Positions 55,855-64,000 of a stretch of DNA of 64,000 nucleotides are shown here, piece after piece (the stretch's first letter is position 1; the number at the start of each line of letters is the position of its first letter). Source of the DNA: Dendrobates tinctorius (taxonomy: Eukaryota); assembly GCF_039654945.1 (NCBI RefSeq), contig NW_027361714.1, forward strand, positions 24,428,001 through 24,492,000. The letters are read 5' to 3'. The notes under the pieces were generated by a model. That model worked only from the letters and a program-made list of their open reading frames with translations. It did no database searches and was not told the origin of the DNA. The position numbers and the translations under genes are program-made.

Positions 55855-56845
55855 TGGGCACAGATGAACAGTTTCAAAATGGCTAATAAGCTGGTTAGCG
55901 CTGACGATGCCATCATCAGCATGACTATTCATCTACACGCTGGAGCACACTTTAGCCCCTTAACGACCGCCGATACGCCTTTTAACGGTGGCAGTTAAAG
56001 GTACTTATTTCTCATCACCGCTTTTTAATGGCGCTGAGAAATAAGGGTATAGCACCCTCCAGAATTGGAAAATCTCTAGAATCCCAGCTACTGGGTTAGC
56101 TGAGACCCCGTAGAACTTGATTTGGGTTGGTTTTTACCGACCCAGTTTCGTGATCACCATTATTCACCAAATAACGGCGATGGCAAGAAAAATCCAATTT
56201 CCCATTCATTTCTCTCTCCTCTGATATGAACTAGCATACCAAAGGAGAGATAAGTGGGGTCCCCCAAGCCCCCCAGTACCTAGGCCATCACCTGACCCTC
56301 CTGCTCCATCCCCCGGCCCTCCATGTCTTCTTCCTGGAAGAAAATGGGGGGCGCATGCACGCTGCGCCTTCCTAGATCTGTCGGCCGGTACCAATCAACA
56401 ATAGATTTTTCCTATTGGTTCATTTTTATCACTGTGATAGACCCTATCACAGTGATAAAAATAAAAAATAATAGTAAATGAAACCCCCCTTTACCACACC
56501 CTTAGCTAGGTAAAAATAAAATAAAATAAAAATATTTTTTTCCATTCTTTGCAGTTAGGGTTAGGGTTGGGGCTAGGGTTAGTGTTGTGAATTCTCTCTC
56601 TGGCTTCCCTCTGGTGATTACTGAAGGTAGTGAAGCTGGTCAGATTGACAGAGGGGTTGTGAGTTCTCTTTCTGGGTTCCCTCTGGTGGTCACTGGAGGT
56701 AGTGGAGCTGATCTGATTGACAGAGGCTTGCCACCTGCTAATGAGGAAGATGATTGGAGATCTGGGGTTTCTGATTGGGATTTAAGACCGCTGACTCCCT
56801 CTATCCCTGCTGGTGATTTTCTTCCTGTGCCTTCTGAGGTCTGAT

Positions 56846-57315
56846 AATAATAAAGTAACTTGGCACTCAACTGAATTGTCCTTTTTAAGTGAAGTTTTTA
56901 TTTATGTGCAGTCCTACAAAAAGACGTTTCGGCCTACACTTGGCCTTCGTCAGTCCGACTGCTGTCTATATAGTATGAACAAACGTATGTCCATGAGCAA
57001 AATAATTTTTTTGTAAGTTCCTGCTTCCAAATATGGTGTAGGCATATAGCAGGCTTCCAGCTACACTTAAGGTGTGCTGTGCTGGTAATTCAATTAGATG
57101 CAATATATTCCATAAGGAAATGAGGAAAGGTTCCCGCTGGATTGCTGAAGCAATTTGCCTGTAGAAAATGTCTGTACTGAGACCGGTAGCAAAAGGCCCG
57201 TATGGAGCCTACAATAGTAGCTTGCAGGTGTGCAGGTGAGACCGGCAGCCTAAGGCTAATATGGGGCTTATAGAAGTAGGTTGCAAGTGAGCAGGGCTGA
57301 ACGCAGTATCCACCG
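56846..57315 (-). mobile_element. 470-bp non-coding Penelope/retrozyme-like insertion
   Basis: 13-bp TSD TCTGAGGTCTGAT (56833-56845) / TCTTAGGTCTGAT (57316-57328); absent from the sister LTR copy near 27830. Confidence 0.78.
56920..56956 (-). ncRNA. Minimal hammerhead ribozyme with intact core and GUC triplet
   Basis: Minus strand GGA-CTGACGA-A-GGCC-aagtgta-GGCC-GAAA-C-G-T-C-TTT. Confidence 0.75.
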
Positions 57316-59750
57316 TCTTAGGTCTGATGTCTCCTGCTCTTTCCCTGCATGGTTCATCTAAGTGGTTAATTTGCTATTCTGTTTGCATTTGATCTGGTTT
57401 TGTCTATCTCTGCTTTGTGCCGGTCAGCTAGCTCCTGCTGGGGTTGTGCTGAATCACCTCCCATATGTTACTGCTTGTGCCAGTTTGTTTTGTCCCCTGT
57501 TATATTGGTCTCTTTTTGCTTTGCTTTCAGAATATACCAGAGTGCTGATATAGTGGGGGTGAAGTCGTGCGACTTCAGTGTTTTTTGTGCATCAGATGAG
57601 TTGGACTTTTTGCATTGTTTTTTGCGTGATTGCAGACAGTGTCTTTCCTTTCCTGTCCTGTCTAGTCAGTGTGGGCCCCATCGTTTGGTCAGTCTATTTT
57701 TCTGCCTGCGTTTGTGTTTTCATCTTGTCTCACCGACAATATATGTTTGGGGGCTATCTATTCCTTTGGGGTCTGCTCCGGGGCAGTTTTTCCCCTTTCT
57801 TGCTTTAGGCTTAGTTAGCTCTCCAGCTGTGCCGAGGCGTCTAAGATCATCGTAGGTACGCTCCGCGGCTACTGCTAGTTGTGTGAATAGGATCAGGGGT
57901 CTGCAATCTGCTTAGTTACCAACCTCTCTGGTTTTCTGTGGCTTAGCCTGGGCTTGCTATCCTCCTCGGTGACCCATTCATAACAGGTTAGTGTTGGGGT
58001 TTGAGCTAGGGTTAGGGTTGAGCTAAGGTTAGAGTTGGGATTAAGGTTAGGGTTGATGCTAGGGATAGGGTTGGGGTTAGAGCTAGGGTTAGGGTTTTGC
58101 TAGGGTTAGGGTTGGGGCTAGGTTTAGGATTGTGTTGGGGTTAGGGTTGTGTTGGGGTTACGATTGGGGTTACAGTTGAGGTGTTGGAGTTAGGTTGGTG
58201 TCAGGGTTAGGGTGGTGTTGGGGTTAGTGTTGTGATTAGGGTTAGAGTTGTGGTTAGGGTTGGGATTAGGGTTAGGGTTAGGGTTGGGGTTAGGGCTGTG
58301 TTAAGGTTGGATTTAGGATTGAGAGGTTTCCACTGTTTTGGTACATCAGGGGGTTACCAAACGCGACATGCGCCTGCCATTGATTCCAGCCAATTTTGCA
58401 TTAAAAAATTCAAACAGAGCTCCCTCCCTTCTGAGCCTTGCTATGCGCCCAAACAGTGACTTTCCCCCATATACGGGGTATTGTTGTACTCAGAAAAAAT
58501 ATGACTCTCTGATTTAAGAGCATAAAAAATTAACACAAGTCATATCAAATAAATTTTACCATTAACATGAAGTATAATATGTCGCGAAAAAAACAATCTC
58601 AGAATCAGTGAAATCTGTTGAAGCATTCAAGAGCTATAACCTCATAAAATGACAATGGTCAGAATTTTAAAAACTGACTTGGTCACTAAGGGGCTAAAAA
58701 GTCTGTGGGAGGAGGAGGTGGTCTCAGTGGAAGAGGCGGAAGCAGAGAAGGATGCGGAAGGGATAAAAATGTCTCAAAGTTCCGCACTATTGTCGCACAA
58801 GCAGGAGCCATGGGAGGGTTGATTTCAGCGATTGAGGGGGGTTATGATGCCAGAAAAACTGTTAGTTAAGGTGCAGAAGCCAAGGAACAAATGGAGAAGG
58901 ATGAGGAGGAAGAGATGATGGGCACACAACAGTCAGGAGATGAAGAAGATAATGATCCCCTCTCTTTTGTCCGTGGTTGGTGGGAGGAGACGTAGGAAGC
59001 AAGCTTGAGTATTTCCCAACTACCAACACACCATAGACTTATACCTCATGGAAGTGCCCAACACATGAACGCCTTCTTGCTACTCTATCTGCAGCATGAT
59101 ACTGGATTTTTAGGATTAGGACTAGTATTGACTACTAGGTTGCCACTCTGTTAGATCCACAGTACAAGAGTAAAGTATGCCAGATGATTCCACCCCTGGA
59201 AAAGGATACGTTCATGGTAGAGTATCAAAACACGCTTTTACACAATCTGGGAACGTTGAGTCGTAAACACTAAAAAAAAAAACAGCAGCAGTGTAAGTGG
59301 CAAAAGCAATTTCTGTGAGTCTTTTCACAATTTTTTAGACCAGCCCGTGCACCAGCAGAACAGAGTACAAGTCTGACATATAGTGAACGACCGAAGAGGA
59401 TGGGGCAGGAGTATCTCAAGCTCAATATCATTGCTATTGGGGGGTTTGAACCTTTTTGCACTTTGGTCTTCAAAAATGGAAGAGTGGCCTGAGCTCACCA
59501 GTCATGCCTTGGAGGATTTGTCACGCCAGCGTTCTCTCAGAAAGTGACTTCAACACTGCTGGTGGTGTTCTGATGATTAAGTGCGTTCTGCTGTCCCCTG
59601 AAAGTGACTTTTGCCTTTCAGTCACAGACTAGGCAGACTAGGCGATGGTGTCATTTTTAGTGTGCTGCATTGATCTTGCGTCATTGCAGTCCATGACACC
59701 TTTGTCGTGGCTTCTGTGCCTACTGATGCTACTGCTGCTGATGTTACTAA

Positions 59751-59977
59751 TAGAGATGAGCAAATATGTTCTGAAAACAATCATCGAATCTGAATTTGTC
59801 ATATTCATGCCATATTTGTACCATATTCATGCCGTATTTATGTTTGACGATTATTTCCGAACATATTCGCTCAGCTGTACTCCCATTGACTCCAATGGTG
59901 TTCAGTTATGTTCTGCGAATATTGCAAATGCAGCGATCGTAATCTGAACCGAATATTGAAATTTTCGCTCATCACTA
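59751..59977. mobile_element. Small hAT MITE
   Basis: TAGAGATGAGC ... GCTCATCACTA TIRs; 8-bp TSD GTTACTAA / GTTGCTAA. Confidence 0.8.
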
Positions 59978-60789
59978 GTTGCTAACAATTTTTTGAAATG
60001 TAGAGACTACAAGTTGTGTCTCCATCTGGTGGCTTGCCTGTAGTGCAAGGGGTGTCAGAGCCCCAATTATGCTGTACTTTTCTACTCTGGGGAAATTGAT
60101 GACATTTTATTAGCGGTTGCCCTTAATTTTTGCAAATGTTTGGACTCCAATTTGGGTCTCCTTCATTTGTGTTGCCTGATTTTAGCAGGACTCTCAAAGC
60201 ATCAGGCCTACACCTGTCATTCATCTACCTGTTATTGATCAATGTTTAAGCTAGAAATGCTGGTCCAGGTCCTGCCCCATGCATCCATGCTGCGGAATTA
60301 TATTATTTGTACTCTGGGTTATTTGGGCGGTTAGAGAGTTGTGATGCAGAGGGAATCAAGGGTAATTGTGGTGCCACTTCTGAGGACTTTACTGTGTGTG
60401 TTGTTAAGGTGGAGGAAGAGGAGGACAAGCCACTTGATGCAGTGCTTGTCATCCACTGGAGCACATGCTCTTTCTGGCCCTCATCTACAAGGCATATGGA
60501 TGTGTGGCTGCCAAAGAAAGGGAGTCGAGTAGCCCATCCAGTAACAGAAGTTGTCAGTTGTCTTTGAATAGGACGAACCAGTGTTTTTTTCAGTAGAGCT
60601 TTCAGTAACATTACCAGCTACCCCTTGTACTCCTCAAACACCAAGCCTATTCCCTCATCCACCACAACTTTTCTTTTACCCAGTCATGTTGGATGTACCC
60701 TTCCCCTCTTTTAAACAGCTTTCTCACAATGCTAGGCTCAGACCTGTCAGTCACCTGTCAATTAATAATCAGTATTTATTGCCTGAGAT

Positions 60790-61700
60790 AGTGTGGCTAG
60801 ACCACAGAATTAGCACAAAAGATTTATATGTTGAAATGTGGACTGTTGGCTGAACCACACAATTAGCACAATGGATTTAGATGCTGAAATGTGGACTGGT
60901 GGTGGGACGACAGAATTTGCACAAAAGATTTTGATTATGAAATGAGGCCTTGTGCCTGCACCAGAGTGTTAGGCCAAACGATTTGGATTATGAAATGACG
61001 CCTGGTGCTTGCACCAGAGTATTAGGCCAAACAATTTTGATTATGAAATGAGGCCTGGTGCCTGCACCAGACTATTATCCCAAACAACTTGGGTTATGAA
61101 ATGAGGCCTGGTGCCTGCTACACCGTATTTGCACAAAGGATTTAGATTATGAAATGTGGGCTGATGTCGGCACCAGAGTATTTGGATTAGAAAATGGGGC
61201 TTGGTGCGTGCACCCCAATATTAGCCCGAATTATTTTTATTAGTAAATGTGACCTCCTGAGTCCCATTGCAACACAGTATTAGCCCAAACTATTTGGATT
61301 AGGCAATTGGGCCTGGTGACTGCACCTCAATATTAGCCCAAATGATTTTGATTAGCAAATTTGACCTCCTGAGCCCTGACTGCAACACAATATTAGCCCA
61401 AACTATTTGGATTATGAAATGAGGCCTGGGGTCTGCGCCCCAAAAATAGCCCAAATGACTTTGATTAGTAAATGTGACCCTCTGATACCTGACTGCAACA
61501 TAGTGTTAGCCCAAACATTTCGGATTAGGAAATGGGTCCTGGAACCTGCACCCCATTATTAGCCCAAACAATTTTGATTAGTAAATGAGACCTCCTGAGT
61601 CTTGACTCTAACCACAGTATTAGCCCAAATAATTTTGATTATGAAATGTGGAATCCTGCCTGCACAACACTATTAGCACAAACTATTTAGATGCTGCAAG
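60790..61700. repeat. ~48-bp minisatellite, probably the 5' subterminal region of a hAT element
   Basis: Tandem TTAGCCCAAACTATTTGGATTATGAAATGAGGCCTGGTGCCTGCACC-like units. Confidence 0.8.
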
Positions 61701-61989
61701 GTCGATTTCACATGGACAGGATCCTGCCTAACTATTTGACAATTCGCAGCAGCAGCAAGAGCAGCCTCTCTGCACTGTTACACTGAGAAAACTGTACCAG
61801 CAAAACAACATGTCTGCTTTTTATATGGAAAGGGACCTGTGACTAAGGCAGCCAACGACGGAAGTCATTGTGTCAGGATGCTGTGGATGGTTTCTGCGCC
61901 CTGATTGGCTGCCAGAATCTACACTGTAGTGCAGCTGCATCCACGCTGTGCTCTGATGAGGCAGTGACTCGACAAAGTTCAAAACAAAA

Positions 61990-63191
61990 GTCTCCTTAAT
62001 GTTCATCTCACAGCAAAACACAGCACACGATATCCTCCGGATCGCAGCCGTGAACCATATCATCCAGATTGCAGTCAATAAACACATCAATCAATCCCTG
62101 GAATGCAGCCAGGCACAGGACAGTCTACCTCTGGTTCACAGCCAGGCACAAGACAATCCACCTACAAGACCTGTGCCGTGGGCGACTGCACCGCCGTGTG
62201 CGCTGTGGGTGCCAGGCCTTTCAGCTTGCCTGTTTGGCTCTGCTTGCCTATGTTGCCTCACGCAGTTGGAGCTCTGCAAAAACTCTGCACTCTTGCAAAA
62301 ACCAAACTGACACTGACCCTGACGCGCCCAAACCCTTCACCGCAGGGTATTTAACTGGAATCTGTGGCCATGGGCCACAGGAAAAACCCGGTCCGGAAAT
62401 TAAACGAACTGCACCACTACCATCCTGTAGTCCCAACACAGTCCCATATGGAAGGGTCTTCACCACTCCCACCACATGGTTAATGTCCCCACTTGGTGTG
62501 GAAAAATTAACCTCTGTGGTCGGGTACTCCTGGATTTCCCCATGAATACCCATCACCTCCACTTTTCGTCCTTTGGGGTTGTCCCCGGCAACAATGGAGC
62601 CCTGGACCAAAGTCACTATGCTCCCCGAGTCCAGGAGAGCGTCCGTTTGGCACCCATTTATAAATACCCGGCGCAGCTGCAGTTTGCCACTCGCAGTGCC
62701 CGTAGTGACCGTACAGACTGGCTGGGCATACATAGACGCATGGCGATTATACCCTCAGTCCAAGGGTTCAGATGTCAGAGGGTAGTTGACAGCTACATAT
62801 CTGGGCCCTTGACACCACCAACACTTAATAACTACAGCACGACTAGACCTTAGGGCTGCTTTAGGGGAAATGTTACCTTTGTCACCCTCACTTTGGGTTA
62901 CCCATTCATCACGGACTCAGTCCTGGTTAGCCGCAATGGAGGTTTGTGGACTTTTCCCATGCTCCTGTACAAAGTCCTGAATAGCTGTGTACTGCTCACT
63001 CAAACTTATCAGCTGGTCCAGAGTGCCCAGGTCCCCTTGCCCCACCCAACGCTGCATGGTGGCCGGCAGAGCCCTGACCAGCTGGTCAACCACCTCCCTC
63101 TCTACCATTTGGGCCAGGGTCAAAGTCTCAGGCTGGAGCCATTCCTCCACCAAATGCAATAGGTCATATGCCTTATACCTGGTGGGACGAG
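61990..63191 (-). pseudogene. Gmr1-like gypsy gag/protease fragment with a SCAN-like region
   Basis: ORF 62917-63159 (HLVEEWLQPE...QMVEREVVDQLVRALP...RWV) and ORF 62248-62733 (ALLDSGSIVTLV, GIHGEIQEYP). Confidence 0.7.
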
Positions 63192-64000
63192 TGTTATGAA
63201 TGGGTCACCGAGGAGGAAAAAAGCAACACACGCTAAGTCTCAGAACACCAGAGAGGTTGGTAACTATGCAGACTGCAGAGCCCTGATTTTAACACACAAC
63301 TAGAAGCAGTCGTGGAGCGTGCCTACAGTGGTCCTGGATGCCTCGTCACAACCGGAGAGCTAAATAAGCCTAAAGTAAGAAAAGAGGAAAACTAACTCCC
63401 CAGAGCAGACCCCAAAGGAAAGACAGCCCCCCACATGTATTGACGGTGAAGCAAGATGGAAACACAAACAAAGGCAGAAAAATAGGCTGAGCAAACGATG
63501 GGGCCAAACTAACTTGAAAGGACAGGAAAGGACAGGAAAGGAAAGATACTGTCTGCAATCTGCCAAAAAACCCTACCAAAAATAATGTCCAATGCTTCTG
63601 ATAACAAAATTAACCCTGAAGTCACTAGACTTCTCCCACTATATCAGCACTCTGGAATATTCTGAGACAGAGGAAAAAGAGGCCAATCTAATAAAGGACA
63701 AAAAGGCAAATTGGCAAATACAGATAAATAAGAGTGGAAATTCAGCACAGCCCAGACGGGCTGGCTGACCACACAAAAACTGAGTTGACCAACAAGGGCA
63801 AGTGTGAACATTAGCAAAAAACAAACTTAACTTGAGATGACTGAAGCAGAGCTGAAGTCCAAGACCTGAGAAACAGACTGAATCACCAGCAACAGGATAG
63901 GGCGCTGGCTGTCTTATATCCAGTCAGAGATCCAATCACTATCCTCCTCGTCAGGTGGCAGACCATTACCAATTAAACTAACCTCACTACCTCCTGTCAC
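63192..64000. mobile_element. LTR family A copy in reverse orientation, running off the window end
   Basis: Starts TGTTATGAATGGGTCACCGAGGAGG, the reverse complement of the end of 56583-57985. Confidence 0.8.

Larger units (their letters stand above)
56583..57985. mobile_element. Solo LTR, family A (TGTTGTGAATTC...CATAACA), with a nested hammerhead insertion
   Basis: TG...CA ends; flanked by GGTTAG on both sides within the telomere-like tract; colinear with 27631-28480 apart from the 56846-57315 insert. Confidence 0.8.
55956..58693. mobile_element. Second copy of the telomere-repeat-bearing piggyBac-like element (internally deleted, nested solo LTR)
   Basis: Starts CCCCTTAACGACCGCCGATACGCCTTTTAACGG like position 300; ends GGTCACTAAGGGG; TTAGGG-like tract at 56553-56582 and 57986-58322. 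Confidence 0.82.
49255..59620 (+). pseudogene. hAT (Ac/ZBED-like) transposase catalytic and dimerisation region, split by nested insertions
   Basis: KAVCDNGANLV and VPCVVHVLNLVVQQFL at 49440-49930; continues at 55860-55951 and 58694-59620 (LLDPQYK, WPEL, SE..FNTAGGVL remnants). Confidence 0.8.

Overview
This is vertebrate DNA, most likely from a frog (inferred from the TTAA/T2-type MITEs, Tc1, L2 and sushi-type gypsy content). It consists almost entirely of nested transposable elements, and I could not identify a host protein-coding exon. Retroelements: three minus-strand sushi/chromovirus-type Ty3/gypsy elements (6437-12498, 22555-25518, 49934-55854), a tRNA-Ser-primed gypsy (30901-41177), a SCAN-like Gmr1-type gypsy fragment (~62000-63191), several solo LTRs and an L2 LINE 3' end. 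DNA elements: Tc1 elements, piggyBac-like elements carrying degenerate TTAGGG arrays, T2/Kolobok-type palindromic MITEs, non-autonomous hAT elements and a rearranged hAT transposase pseudogene. The two most notable signals are non-coding. (1) Three different short insertions carry hammerhead-ribozyme cores and are each flanked by a 12-13 bp target-site duplication. They look like retrozymes or Penelope-mobilised RNAs, and one resembles newt satellite 2. (2) All three sushi-type elements have no tRNA primer-binding site. Each instead has its own 9-11 nt sequence complementary to a site 30-31 nt downstream of the LTR TATA box, consistent with Tf1-type self-priming. All calls were made by eye; no database search was run.
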